Under the pieces are notes generated by a model. That model was not told the DNA's origin, did no database searches, and saw only the letters and a list, made by a program, of their open reading frames with translations. 64,000 nucleotides of DNA from Phoronis australis (Eukaryota > Animalia > Phoronida). A program made the position numbers and the translations under genes. Every line of letters starts with the position of its first letter. The stretch's first letter is position 1. The DNA is taken from assembly GCA_002633005.1 (NCBI GenBank), contig NMRA01000084.1, positions 651,267 to 715,266 on the forward strand. The letters run 5' to 3'. Positions 26,015-41,000 of the stretch are shown here, piece by piece.

Positions 26015-29000
26015 CTAGAAAATTAAAATTAGCATTTCTTCTACAAGGGACTGTTTCACCTCAAAAGTAGGAACCACACACTTGTACCAAACCTAGATTA
26101 AAGCATGCTTTAGAAAAAACAGCTGGCTTAAATTTGTTGTTCTCACACTATGCCTCTTTTCGTTTGTTTTAACTTATACAGAAAACTAGTACCGGTAATA
26201 GCAAGTCAGCACAGGTGCACATTAGTATTACAAACAAATAATTCCTTCAGTGACCCAACCACAAATAAAGTGCTTAACACTGCGACAACACTACAAATTT
26301 TTAGGACAAGTTGTTGCATTTCAGCTTGACTCAAGGATTTCTTCTCATCAACGCCAGTACCAAACTTAATGTCAGTGAAGATGGTGCGCACACAAGAGCT
26401 TGTCAATTAATCCGCAAATTTAAAACTCTTGGAAACAATTGCTAGTGATGGAAACTGTAATAAACATTTCACTTAGATCTGGCACTTATGCTTAATATAT
26501 CAAATTTGACACTGAAATTGATTTTGTGGACTCCAAAACTAGTGACTTTCGTGATACATCATGGCTCAAAGGCAATCTAAGGGTATTCAAGAGAATGCAA
26601 CTGACATCTGGTAATATTACCATTTGCCGATGAATGTGTTCAGGCAATTAATAACACTTTAGTTACACTGCACCTTTAATGAAATAACTGTTAGTGAATT
26701 ATTCAGATACGTCAGAATTTTGAACCGTCCAAGCAGTTGTTTTGGAAATTTGGGACATTTTATCACGACAGCGTTTATCCAATTTTGGAGGCAGTCCATC
26801 TTACTGCAGAGTACAATGTGCAACACTGAAAAACAGTACTCGCAAAAATTAACTGGACAAGATTTAGTTTCCTGGTCCTCATGCGTAATGACCCAGCTAC
26901 TCTAACGATGAATGCATGCCCTGCTTCTTAGGTGTAATCAGTGAGAATTTTTCTTGCAAGCTAGTTGTCATGACAAAGCATTCTGAAAAGTATTGAAAAT
27001 ATGAGGAACCCAGTACAGGTAAAAATTGAAAATGGGATGATGATCTTTCTACCCTTGGAGTTTACTAATGGGAACACAATAGCCCGATTAATTCAGTCCA
27101 GCTGATTGGGCTGCTTGGTCATCTATGCAATCTTTTATGACACCTCGTTATGTCATAAAGCCATGTGCCTGTTGACAGTTGGCAGCCCAGCCAGCTGGCT
27201 CTCTATCGTGTTGGCAGGGAATGGGGGTAATTGAAATTTGCACTTCAGTTGACAAAGTTAACTGCTTTTGGTTTGAATTTTCACTGGTACTAGGTCCATC
27301 ATGATGTCAATTTATGTCCCAACAATTCATGTTCAACACCACAAACCTGAAGACTGTTGACAGAATTTCTCTTCCTCTCCAGTGTTCAGGTCCCAATACT
27401 TGACTAGATCAGCCACAGCTCCAAATAAGTATTTGCCATCTTGAGTAACCTTAAACAGAAAAATAACATGACATTGTCTGAAAAGAATTAACATGTGTCT
27501 GAGCCCTTTTAATTTTCATAGTGTATTCATAAATGTCATGCAATTAACTATTTGAGAGATACAATACTTCTAACCTTGACTGCCATCTTGTTCTTTCCTT
27601 AGTTGTAATTATTTCCATGCCACACAGATTGGCACCATATCCAACCCAACTTCCCCCTCTGCCCCGTCATCTCAAATTCCACCATTTTACACCTGGTCAT
27701 CACGACGTCTGCCCCTCCCCACAAGATCACCACCAATCTAAGGCTCCTCTTAGTTGCCATCAACGCTGCCTTACAAATCATCTATTTGCTTTGAATTGAA
27801 TCAATTTTCAAATGTTGGGGAGATGGCGCAGCATTGTAACACCCATATCTTTCACCCTGCCAGGAAAGTGCACCTTGTCTTTATTCCTATTTCAAGGTCA
27901 ATCTCACCACTGCCAAATGTAGTTCATATAAATAGTGACACTGTTTGACATTTGACCTCTCACCTGCAGTCTGCCTGGCTGGTATAGGTCAAACAGACGA
28001 ATGGTCATGACCTCTTGACCAGTGTCCAAGTTGTAGAGTACCATACTCATGGGTACACAGACAATGAGCACACCCTGCGATGTAGTCATCATAGATTGGC
28101 AATACATCTGCAATGTGATGCTATGCTGCAGTGTGTTGTGGCTGATGGTATGAACAAACACTGTGAATGGCTTAGTCTCGTGACGGAAGTAGGCGTACAA
28201 GTCATCCAGTGCAGCGATTTTGCAACTCTTGTGACAAGTTAGCTCTTCGTCAATGAATTCACTCTGCAAAAGGTTATAACTTGTGAGTCATCAACCATAG
28301 CAATGCAGACAAACAATTCACTGGGTCTACACTTGGGTTGAGTTATCTAGGCTAGATGCCAAGATTTTTCTAAGGATGCTAGAGTGATCACAAGCTTTGG
28401 TTGTAATGTATGGCGATATGTCATTATAGTTTGGGTGTTATTGCATTTTCACAAGATTCTTGACTCTATGGATCGTACACCTGGCTATGTTTGAATGAGT
28501 GTGGGTTAATACCCACATGCGTGAACCCCAGCGGGATTTCCATGACCATTACTATAAGTTGTTGGTGGTTATTGGTAACCAATGCTTAAAACTACAATAA
28601 ACTTGCATCAGGTTGGAGATGCTAAACATTGATTTAGACCACTTACTGACATAAAATTGTCTTCAACGTATTTGTTACTCGGATGAGAATTGATTGTCAG
28701 TCTCCTAAATATCTGACAGCGCTTTATTTCTGGAGATTTTGATCAGTGAATAACACGCCATGCCTAACAAATCAAAAGTTATTAAATAGCCTGCTCACTA
28801 ACAATAACAGATAGCCAGTTGTATTCAAGATTAAAAAATCACACCTATTTTGACTGAGGAACAATTTGAGACCAATTGTTTTTTGTGACAGAAGGTTGGT
28901 TTAGACACTCTAATTATCATTGATAACAGATGACCAGTGCAATGCAATGTCCATGACTGGATGAACATAAATTAAAAAGACATAAGTGACGAAATAAATT

Positions 29001-32000
29001 ATTGACAATTGCAGCTGTTCATCATTTACTCATCGTTTAGTAACACATGTTAAACACTAACAAACTATGTCTCCTTGTGACTTACATTGGGGGGTTTTCA
29101 TCCACAAGCACCTTTCAACAAAATCTTACATAATTGTCATAGAATCTCCACACCCGAGGCATACACCATTGTTTTTCTTTGTGGCTAATCAATCACACAT
29201 CACATTATTAATTCATAAAGTGCACGCAAAAAACAACTGTGATTCACCTTCTCAGTTCCAGTTGCCACATCCCAAACTCGAACTGATTTTTCACACAATC
29301 CCAACATAAACTGTTTCTTGTCACCACCAAAACAGAATTTGATCGGACCATCATCAATGGGAATGTCATACAACTTCTCACCTAAAAGGAAAAACAGGTC
29401 CCTTTTAATTCCCCATACAGCAGCAATTAACCATAATTCTTCACACACAATAATAATAATAAGTTAAAATATAATTTATTCTAATTTTCAAAGGATTTGA
29501 AAATTACTGACAAAATGAATATTATTCGATGCACCTGTGGTTAAATTTGTAATAGGCTTATTTTCACGAGACACACCTTCGCTAAGATTTGGAATTTTGC
29601 TATCCTAATGCCTAAATGAGCCTAAGGTGGACTGTGACCCAACTCTTCCTCACTCATTCACAAATTAAGGCTTAGCCATCTTCTCAATAAAACCTGTTCA
29701 CAATGCATCGATTTTGAAAATTCAAAGATGGTTACAATTTACTTTTCAATTTCAAAAATAGTCGATGTTGGTCGTTTGTCCTACAAATTGTTCGTATTTT
29801 TGCTTTGAAACTCGCACACTAAACAGGAGTGCCGGTTTATGACCGCAAATATCTCATCCACCATGTTCAGTCAAGCCCATGAATAGAGACTAGCTCACTT
29901 CGATATGTGGCAATGCCATCAAGCCTTGGATGTGCCTACTAGGAATTTGCTGGATAATTTGGCATAAACAGTACAATACTTTCTCGTCCACTTGCGTGCA
30001 AATCCTGTTGCGAATGTACAGAAAGTTTTACCACTTCCATCACCCATCACAATTTGTTTTTCATTCCACTGCCTTATTACATATTACTTCGAGGCCAGAA
30101 TTGTAGGATGACACTTGATTTTACTCAATTTCAAATTGCTGGTTATAGTTTATGGCAGTCAGTAATTGGAAGATTATGTTGTCCGCCCAACAGAATTAAC
30201 TGCTCTCTAGTTTTAGGTTAAAATACCACATTACATATTTGCTATAAATCTCAAAATTTAGAAACTCTACCACGTACGTTAACTTTTCACTCTTATTTAA
30301 AAACTTGAAAATTGGAAATTCAAAAATACTATTGTCACTTCCAGTGTTTACAACCATGTTCCTGATGGAAAATTTCGTGCGTGACCACCATCTGTGTCAA
30401 TCTCCACAGAATGATACCATCAGCAGAAGCTGGACGGTTTCTTTGAAGATAGTGGCTGTGTTAAGGTTGGCGAAATGGTCCAAACTGGACCAGTGAGGAT
30501 GTCAGCGTAGGATTCCTTTTACGTACCACGTATCTTGACAATGAACGGTGGAATGACGACAATGGGACATGTCATTCCATGTGAAATCTCTGTCTGTCAC
30601 AGGCACTACATCACATTTCCCAACAGAAAACTTATTGTGAATGCTTCTCACTGGTAAGGGTTACAATAGGAGCTTACCAAAGTGTCTGAACTTGTATGGT
30701 GGTGTTCTTTTGTGTGAGGAAAGGGGACACTGAGATAGGGGTACGAATAAGTAAACCATTGCCTGTTTGTGGCAGCATTCTTTCCTGTCATTTTAAACAA
30801 AAAGGACTATGAAAACTAGATCCATTAGTAAAACTAATATTATTTTTTAGTTCTCTAATGACACAGTGCATTCCAACTGCTGAATTCTTCATTGCTATGT
30901 CCAAACCTCTATTGTGTAACCTGCTCAAGCAACGCAATTGGTTGAATTGACTTGCAGTGTGTAGGCCAAACTTATCAGTCCAAGTGATCCCTAATACTCC
31001 CCACAGAATGCAGTGATATTCATGTAGTAGTGTGCAACATGTAACTGAAGGTGAAGCTCACTGACTGGTGTATTCTGGGTAAAAAATATCGGGCTCATAT
31101 AAAAATCAAAATTCACGTGTAAAACAACATTATTTACAGTACCATTAGACTCCTTCAGTCAGCCACAAGCTTGTAGCTATAGCAGTGGACTAGTGTCACA
31201 TGCTCGGCGTCGTGACCAAAGAGCCCAAAACCCATTCTTTAACTCCACTTCTGCCAAGCTCTCATCAGGCTCCATTAGATCAGAGACCATCTATTTACAG
31301 ATACTCTTTTGTTAGAGCTGATAAAATCAACCAAACCAGTACATTAACAGATTGCCGAGCCATGACAGACCTCATTTAATTTCATTTCCATATGCAACCA
31401 TGACCACCTTGATCCCCGGTTGCCTGCGATAGAGAGAGACATTGGCACTGTAATGATTCTTGAATTAAAGACGTCTTTACCAAATTGAAATCAACTGACA
31501 GTACATACCTGTATTCACTTGCCATGCACTTAGTGAACTCTTTGATGAGGTGATGGCCACTTCGTCATCATTGGTCAGTTCCACAGCGTGCAGTTCTTGC
31601 TCTGTGTCCACTTTACGGAACATTTTTCCGTCTGAGAGATCCCACACCCGTAATGTACAGTCCTCTGATGCAGTCACCAGATGTCTATTGTCCTTTGCTA
31701 ACGCCATCCCATGGACATTTTTAGAATGACCTAGAGTGCAGCAACATATGTTAATTAAAAGACAACAAAGCATCATATAGGTGAAAAATATTATAAAATT
31801 TAGTTTCATAGCCATTCTACCAGACAGTTAGTAGAAAGAGAATACCAGGAACAAAACCTAAAGTGACTGCCAGAGTGGGGAGACTTTAGACACGATAATC
31901 AAATATATTGAAACGCTTCTAAGCAAAGAGTTTGCGGATTACATGTGGTCCAGAGCAGAGATAAAGTATAGCAGGTTCATTGTCTTGAGTGTCTCACATT

Positions 32001-35000
32001 CTCCTTCTAAAATTCCATACAAGTGTTGAACAAACATGACCAAAAAATTCTCTGAACAGACCTGACCTGCTTCCCCAAGTCATCACCAAATGTCACTATC
32101 CTTTTCATGATGGTAGACAAATACATTGTAGGATAGAGTATTGGATTTGTTTTTGAAAGGTTACGTAACTAAACACTTCCCTCTGATTCAAGCTGGACAA
32201 GAAAAGAACAACAAATCACGCTATACAGAATTTGCAAATGTTTGCGGTGCGAAAACTGCATCCCACCGTGCAACAGTAAAATTTTATTTGAAATTAGAAA
32301 GAACAATAAATATCAATATAATCATTGCTGAACAGCTGAACAGCACCACTGTGGGTGAATACCACAGGCCAGAGTGGTGCACTGCAATTTCAGATTGTGG
32401 TTATTTGTGTCCATTCAGTGCAAGGAACTCACAACAACCAGACATCTACTATACATTGTCCTGTGCACCAATTTCGTACCTGGCAATGTATGTATGAGTT
32501 GACCACCAGGGGGATACAACCACTGAGACTGGGGTATTAGTGCTGGAACAGAAGGAGCTCTAGCGCCATCCAGCAGGGAACACAGTGACTTGAACTGTTC
32601 TTGCTGAAAGACAAAGTCATGATTTATTTGGAAACCATGGCAGTAACTAAAGGTCAAATAACAATTTAATGATTATGAAATTGATGAACTGAAATGACGT
32701 GTTAGTGCAATGGATTTGTCTGCATGGACCGTCTTATGTATAGAGAAAACTGTTGCATGTGCATCATAGAGCATAGATTTGCAAACTTCACCCAATCCTG
32801 AATCAAGAACATGCCACGTAAACCACAGTCTGCTCAATAAGCTGACAGATAGATGCTAGCTTTATACTCATATCTACAATAGACCGAACTTCTGCCTGCT
32901 TGAAATATTACTAATTGGTAATAGGATACCTCCATTAAGAAGGATTCCATGTCTTAAACAAAAGCAACGCAGAGCGTTGAAATGCGCCCACAATTGCACC
33001 GTATACGGTATCCTTCTAGGGTTGTTTATTGGTACCATAAAGTGGCCAGTAGAGGGCATATATGTAGTATGTTGTACTTTGCAAAATGGAAAGGCATGGT
33101 CATTGTCTCCTCAATAGGCTAGGTTTCAAAATGTGAGTGATCTTCATAATACAAGCACATCCTATGCATCAGTTGCTTAAAGCACCACAGAAACATAGAA
33201 TTAAAAACAAATTTACCAACATACAAGATTAGCACAGCATTAGAATGCCAGAAACAAATTTCTACTTGGAACTTTTCCTTCATAGTCACGAAGTAACACA
33301 AAGTATACACCTGAAGACCTATGAAAATACAGANNNNNNNNNNNNNNNNNNNNNNNNNNNNNNNNNNNNNNNNNNNNNNNNNNNNNNNNNNNNNNNNNNN
33401 NNNNNNNNNNNNNNNNNNNNNNNNNNNNNNNNNNNNNNNNNNNNNNNNNNNNNNNNNNNNNNNNNNNNNNNNNNNNNNNNNNNNNNNNNNNNNNNNNNNN
33501 NNNNNNNNNNNNNNNNNNNNNNNNNNNNNNNNNNNNNNNNNNNNNNNNNNNNNNNNNNNNNNNNNNNNNNNNNNNNNNNNNNNNNNNNNNNNNNNNNNNN
33601 NNNNNNNNNNNNNNNNNNNNNNNNNNNNNNNNNNNNNNNNNNNNNNNNNNNNNNNNNNNNNNNNNNNNNNNNNNNNNNNNNNNNNNNNNNTTCAGGACTT
33701 TTGAAGATACAAAGGTAAGCGTAAAAAACTAAAATTGCCACTAGGGGGCACACCGGTAGTCGGATCCGTCCAAAAGTCGTCATGTTCTGTTGTTAACATC
33801 ATATAAATATACTTACACAATTTCGTAAAGATCCTGCAAACGGTTTAGGAGATACAGCGATAGGCGAAAAAAAAAATCTGCCACTAGGAGGCGCCACAGT
33901 AGTCAAAATCGTCGGAAAATCATCGTCAACCGTCCTCTACATAGTAAGCATATACATGCCAATTTTCACAATCATCCTTTGAGCGGTTTGGTTGATAGAG
34001 GGGTGGACGCACAAAAACAGACTCAAAAACACTAAAAATGGCCACTAGGAAGCGCAAACTATGTCGAATCCATCTGAAAACGGGAGGATAGCGTCATCTC
34101 ACTAATAGGTGCCTACATACCAAATTTCATGAAAATCCGTTCAGAACTTTTGAAGATACAAAGGTAAGCGTAAAAAAACTAAAATTGCCACTAGAGGGCA
34201 CACCGGTAGTCAAATCCGTCCGAAATTCGTCATGTTCCATTGTTAACATCATATAAATATACTTACACAATTTCGTAAAACTCCTGCGAACGGTTTAGGA
34301 GATACAGCCATAGGCGAAAAAAAACAAAACTGCCACACCGGTAGTCGGATCCATCCGAAAGTTCGCACATGCCGTCCCATTCATGAATCAGATGGAACAT
34401 ACATGTATGTGCCAAATTTCATGAACATATGTCAAAGGGTTTTGGAGATAGAGCAGCGGACGCTGGACGCCGGACGGACGCCGCCCGTACGGACGGACGG
34501 AGATGACGGCATACATAATGCGTCCACATATAAATATGTGGGCGCATAATGACACAACTATTAAATATTATTCTAAAATCCTGGGTGATCAGAGTATCTT
34601 GTTATCCATAACAAAGCAACATCCACAAGTTCATAACCACAGCCAAGGTCCAGTACCATAAGCATGAGAAAACAGAATGCAGAAAGTTGACAGAACTTTC
34701 AAATTCCGCATGAAAAACAAGTTTTTGGAAAATTCAACAACATCCATGAAAAATCATTTTTCTAAAAAACGGAACACATCAACCTCAAATGGAGAAAGTG
34801 TACAGTGGGTGTTCGTGTGCGTGTGTTTGTTTGCTTAATGCATAAGGTGTTTGTGCAGATATGTGTGCATTTTTCTGAGGAACAGCAATCATCCAAGTTG
34901 GGAAACAGTGCAACAAGTCAGTACCTCTTTCTCCACCAGTTGACTGAGACGGCCAATCAACTGAGATGATAACTCTGCTGTACTCCTATCTATGGCTTTG

Positions 35001-38000
35001 CCCGCTAACTGTAACGTTTCTCGGATGGCCATGACCTCTACATCTTTTGACAAGGATTCCACAGCCTTCACATCATCCAAAACAACGTTGAGAGAGAATG
35101 CTTCAATCTTGGCCAGCAAGAACTCAAAGTTGCACACCACATGTTTCTTCAACCTCTCTACGTCCTTCAACTCAATCAGACAATGTGGCAATTCACTCAG
35201 CTTCCTCAGGTTGAACTTCCTGTCGGCCATCTTGTCTGATGGTTTACCAAAGAACAATGGCTGCAAGGACATCAAATGTCGGTCCGCTGAGTCTTGTTCA
35301 CCGTTTTTCATCGTGAACTCCTTCTTAACGCCACCTGCCCATGTACCGAGAAAGTAATCAGCAAGATTGTGTAACACCTGCCTCAGGTGTGTCCCATTAC
35401 TAAGATACCGATCACGTGACACCTCGACAAACTGACGGTGATACCAGTTCAGTACTTGTGTACCATCTGCTCCACGGGACACCAAGTAATCGCCGAGGTC
35501 GGCACGGATACGAGCGAACAGCATGGGTGGAAGCCGTCGCAGCGGAGGCGTCCAGTATTGGTACACATCATTCAGCACGTCATCTTCACATGATAAGATG
35601 TCTTCAACTTCCGTCTCACTCACCCCACTCTTGGACGCAGTGATCAAACCAAAGGCATGACTGACCAATGGGAGGCCGTGTTTCAACTCCAAACGTTCAA
35701 ACATGTTAGCAATGACCTCTCTGACAGTGTTCTTTAGAACAATCTCACTCTCATCACTATAAGAGCGCCATCTCATGGCCTCATCATAAATTAAACGCAA
35801 GAACAAAGGTAGTGGTGTTTTTGCAAATGTCTCAAGCAAGTAGGTCAGTTGGGATGGCTGCAGAGTCTTCAGGTCATTTTTAAGCCAGGAGTGGACGACA
35901 GTCGTTGCGTCAGAGATGGGAAGTTTGGACACTTGAACGTAGTGTTCATCAGATGGCAACATCAGCTGGAACACAGAATTAAAGGACAGGTGAGATGGGT
36001 GAGTGTTTCAATCTCGTCAAAAGTGACGATAACAAACTGATAAAGCTATCATTGATGCTCAATCCATCTAAAATAACCACAACTGCAAAACACTCTCTGG
36101 TTACATATCGTTATGGAACATAGCATGAAAAACAGTTATTCTTTGTTGACTGTTTGGCAACTGAAAATTGCAGTGTAAAAACAAATATCTGCATTCAGCA
36201 GTTAAAGCAATTAGGAACAGCAACAATCAACACAGTCTATAATTAATGAAAAAAAAATGTTTTAAAAATGAAATTTGTGTACATAGTTTAGGCGTGGGCT
36301 TTAAACTATTGACCCAGTATATTGTATTCTAATTAATATGTAATATATGCGCAAGTAAAATGTAAGTCAAAAGAGGCTGCGAATCATGTTTAGGTGTGAC
36401 ACAAAATGAAGCAGTAGAAAGAGACCCCCAAATGCCTATAACCCACCTTTAAGTGAGGAAAACACTCATATTTTTCATCTGGTAGTGTTGATACGATCAT
36501 CTTCACAAAAGGGGGCAGTCGGACAGGAAGCCAAACTAGCGTCCTAGCTCCATCATCAACTGCCAACTGGTCAAGAGAGTCCAGGAAAATAACCAATGGC
36601 TTGTCACTACTGGCTGTGGACAGGAACCTTGGGAAGGCTTCACCAAGCTTCTGATAGGTCTATACATCAAATGGAAGATGAATTTTTAACTCATCTTAAA
36701 GCGGCAATGAACTTGTTTGGGCACATAGAAAAACACCACCACAAAACTTTTGAAATCTATTCACTGGGGTAAAGTTTAAGTTGATGCAGTCTAACTTTAA
36801 GTTTGTGCGATATAAATTCCCAAAGGTAAAAGGGTCATTTATGGTTGTTAAAACAGAAAATATACGAAAAATCCAATTAGCTTGTTATGGCAATGCCACT
36901 GTAAGCTGAGTGAGCATGAACAACAGAAAACTACTGAAGTCTGTATAAATGATGTGTATTGAAAATTAGCCATGGAGAATATTTTACCTTTGAATACACA
37001 TCAAAATTTGTACAATATCTTCATGGAGGTTTGCACTTATCGAGTGATTTACATTTCAAGGTTACTTAGAAACAAACTTGACGTCAGAAATTGGACTTTT
37101 GAGTACAGTAACATGGTCTTGGCACAGTGGTGAAACTATAGATTTCAAACAGAAAAATCACATAATCACGAGATCCTCAGTACCACACAAAGAACTCTTG
37201 AAAAAATGCAAATAATGTTACCATAATGTCCAGTTATTATGAATGTCAGAATTTTAACATAAGATTTTACACATAGTATGCTTAGCACATGTTTATAACC
37301 TGAACATGGCTACGTAGTGAATGTTAAGAAATGATCTGAGACACAGGATGCACAATCTATAAACTAATTAAAAAGGGAAGAATCCAGAATTAGCCCAAAA
37401 TTCTCATTTCAGAGAACAAGAATGTGTTGTTATTTCAATATTCGACATTATGACAAACTCTCACACACTCTGGGTCAATGCTCAATCTCTGACATCATGC
37501 GTGGTCATATTATTCAGAAATTTTCCGCGCAGAAATCATTACTTCATTTTCTCAAATTGGACATCTTTCTAAGCAACTGTTAACAAATGGGCGTTTAATA
37601 TTAATTACACAAAGAGGTGCCACTTTTTGCAGTAGCAAAATGTGGATACTTTGCTTTGAAATGATTGAAAAGGTTACACAACACTTCACTAAGATGACCA
37701 AAACGTACCAGAGGGACTGCGGATGGGTCAGTTCCATAAATGAGACAGATCTGTCTGCATAAGCTGTACAGTAATTGGCTGATTGTCGATGAATCAGACG
37801 TGGTGCCCAAGAATCTATAGAAACAAAATGTAAAAAATTGTCAAATGATTGTCAGCAAATAACAGTTATCACATCACGTAAGTCTTCGTTGATACTCCAT
37901 GAAATAACCCTGTCACGTGCCTGTGTAATAACTTAGAAGGTCATCATACGTTCACGTGACACAGTTATTGCACAGGAGGTGTAAAACATGTGGATTAAAA

Positions 38001-41000
38001 CCGAAATATGTGGTATCAATATGTTAAACTATGCATGTTTCATACACGTGAATGTTACCGTAATCGTTCGGGTTAACGCCCTGGGCGGTTAAATTGGCGA
38101 ATCCAAAAAATCGGGGGAGGGCGGTTAACTGAGCAGTGGGCAGTTAAATCGAAAATCCACCTAAAGTAGGGGATGGGCGGTTAACCGAACATGGGCGCTT
38201 ATTACGACAGACTACCGCCCTGGGCGGTTAATCTTACCTGGCGATCTAAATCCCGACACGACAATCATACTCGGAACGCGTAGCCCTTTTCAAAGAGCTT
38301 TATCGTCACGTCGCCAAATGACTGTGAAAACGTCATAACAGCGGATGATCCCAACAAAGGTTCTCTTGCCCTCAGATTAGTCATTCANNNNNNNNNNNNN
38401 NNNNNNNNNNNNNNNNNNNNNNNNNNNNNNNNNNNNNNNNNNNNNNNNNNNNNNNNNNNNNNNNNNNNNNNNNNNNNNNNNNNNNNNNNNNNNNNNNNNN
38501 NNNNNNNNNNNNNNNNNNNNNNNNNNNNNNNNNNNNNNNNNNNNNNNNNNNNNNNNNNNNNNNNNNNNNNNNNNNNNNNNNNNNNNNNNNNNNNNNNNNN
38601 NNNNNNNNNNNNNNNNNNNNNNNNNNNNNNNNNNNNNNNNNNNNNNNNNNNNNNNNNNNNNNNNNNNNNNNNNNNNNNNNNNNNNNNNNNNNNNNNNNNN
38701 NNNNNNNNNNNNNNNNNNNNNNNNNNNNNNNNNNNNNNNNNNNNNNNNNNNNNNNNNNNNNNNNNNNNNNNNNNNNNNNNNNNNNNNNNNNNNNNNNNNN
38801 NNNNNNNNNNNNNNNNNNNNNNNNNNNNNNNNNNNNNNNNNNNNNNNNNNNNNNNNNNNNNNNNNNNNNNNNNNNNNNNNNNNNNNNNNNNNNNNNNNNN
38901 NNNNNNNNNNNNNNNNNNNNNNNNNNNNNNNNNNNNNNNNNNNNNNNNNNNNNNNNNNNNNNNNNNNNNNNNNNNNNNNNNNNNNNNNNNNNNNNNNNNN
39001 NNNNNNNNNNNNNNNNNNNNNNNNNNNNNNNNNNNNNNNNNNNNNNNNNNNNNNNNNNNNNNNNNNNNNNNNNNNNNNNNNNNNNNNNNNNNNNNNNNNN
39101 NNNNNNNNNNNNNNNNNNNNNNNNNNNNNNNNNNNNNNNNNNNNNNNNNNNNNNNNNNNNNNNNNNNNNNNNNNNNNNNNNNNNNNNNNNNNNNNNNNNN
39201 NNNNNNNNNNNNNNNNNNNNNNNNNNNNNNNNNNNNNNNNNNNNNNNNNNNNNNNNNNNNNNNNNNNNNNNNNNNTTTTGAAGTGAGTTCATGACCCAAG
39301 ACAATAACTCGTTACCTGTATTGTAATTCAGATTGCTAAACCACCGTCTCGGAGTCCCGGCGTCATTGCACTCATTGTGATCATCGATCTTTTTCTAAAA
39401 GTCGGGGAATCGCGCGTTTCCTTAGCACTAGGCGCTAAATCTTCATTCTTTAAAAGTCGGGGATGGGCGCTTAACCGAGAGGTGGGCGCTTAACTGGAAA
39501 TCTTCAAAAATCGTAGGGGGGGGCTTAACCGAGCAGTGGGCGGTTAAATCGAAAATGCACTTAAAGTCGGGGATGGGCGGTTAACTGAGCATGGGCGTTA
39601 ACCCGAACGATTACGGTATTAGCCTCGGTTGCTGTGCCGAGTACGGACACTCAGTCAGCATTTGATCTCATGACAACATTTACTCGGCACAGCAATTTTG
39701 GCTAATAACATTCACCCATATTAAAACAGTCATGTACTTTAACACACATATAACTATCAGAGTATCAATATTAGTATTGTGCCATTACTTTGATTATTAG
39801 GATAATTACTCCACATTTTCATCTAGCAGACTAAGGGTTAATAATTAGACAAATTCACTACAGACAAAGAAAGCTGGTTTTTTTTTCAAATTAAAGCATG
39901 CAGCTCTGTAAAAAGTGATTTTTGAGGCCATGATAAATTTTTATCAACATAATTGCCTCATGACAATACATGTCCCTTAATTTAACATACAGATCATGGT
40001 ACCAAATTGTTTCTTATGCCAAAGGTTACCGTGAACTGACTTAGAAGCGCTTATATCAAATGCAAATCAGTCAAACATAGGATGGTAATGATAAGATGGT
40101 CTTCTACCTGAAAATGACTGGAGTGCCCCCATTCACCAACTCCTGGGCGTCAACAATTGCTTGGGCCACCACTGACGTTTTACCAGAGCCAGATTCCCCA
40201 TACACCACTAGAGGGCGGTCTGATGAGCTGGTCACGTATTCGCTGATTTTTCCCAGTACTTCACCTCGTCCATGGAATGATTTGACCTGAGTGGGCCATA
40301 ATGAAGTGGTCAATTGTGAAAACAAAGCAGTATTAAAAGCACACAGTGTCTTTCATACTTCTTAGAAGTCACCATAATTGTTCATGTTTTCACTAACTAA
40401 ATGGGTCCTTTGGAGGCAATAATTACCTAGTGTTTTAGCAGTGGTGTGGAACTTTATACTATTGAAAAACCTAATCAAATAGATGCTCGAATGCCGTGCA
40501 GTTACCGACGCACAGAACTATAAAATAGTAAACTAGTAAAACTAAAATACCCTTGACAAAGAGCGCATCACTCGAAACGTGGGGAATACTTTAATGATAT
40601 ATATTTTAGTACCGATGCTCATAGGTTTACTTTTACTAGTTTTACTGAAAAAGCTCAAGCAAACCGTTATTCATTTACAATTATAGCCAACAGTAGCATT
40701 CATTAACAGTAAGTCAGTTTCACTTCTTGCAAGCCAATATCAGTATAAACTAAATACTAGATTACTAGTAACCAAATAATAAGCGCGGTGGTTAGAAACT
40801 TCATCTTTACAATGTTCCACTTTTATCAATCTAAAGGCACCATCAGGTAATACAAGTAACAGAACAGCTTTTTAACAGAAAACACAAAATTCAAATAATT
40901 ATACTACAACAATAAGTAAATAATCAAAAGAGCGATTTTAAATACCATATGCGAGACAATGCACCTAGAACAGATTTAAAGGTACAGTACTTAGGATCTT

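Noticed and set aside
33691-34550. Repeat array as a possible CRISPR
   Set aside because: Units are ~150-bp diverged satellites with no unique spacers and no cas genes, in a eukaryotic intron.
21450-39304. Long ORFs made of X residues
   Set aside because: Artefacts of N gaps.
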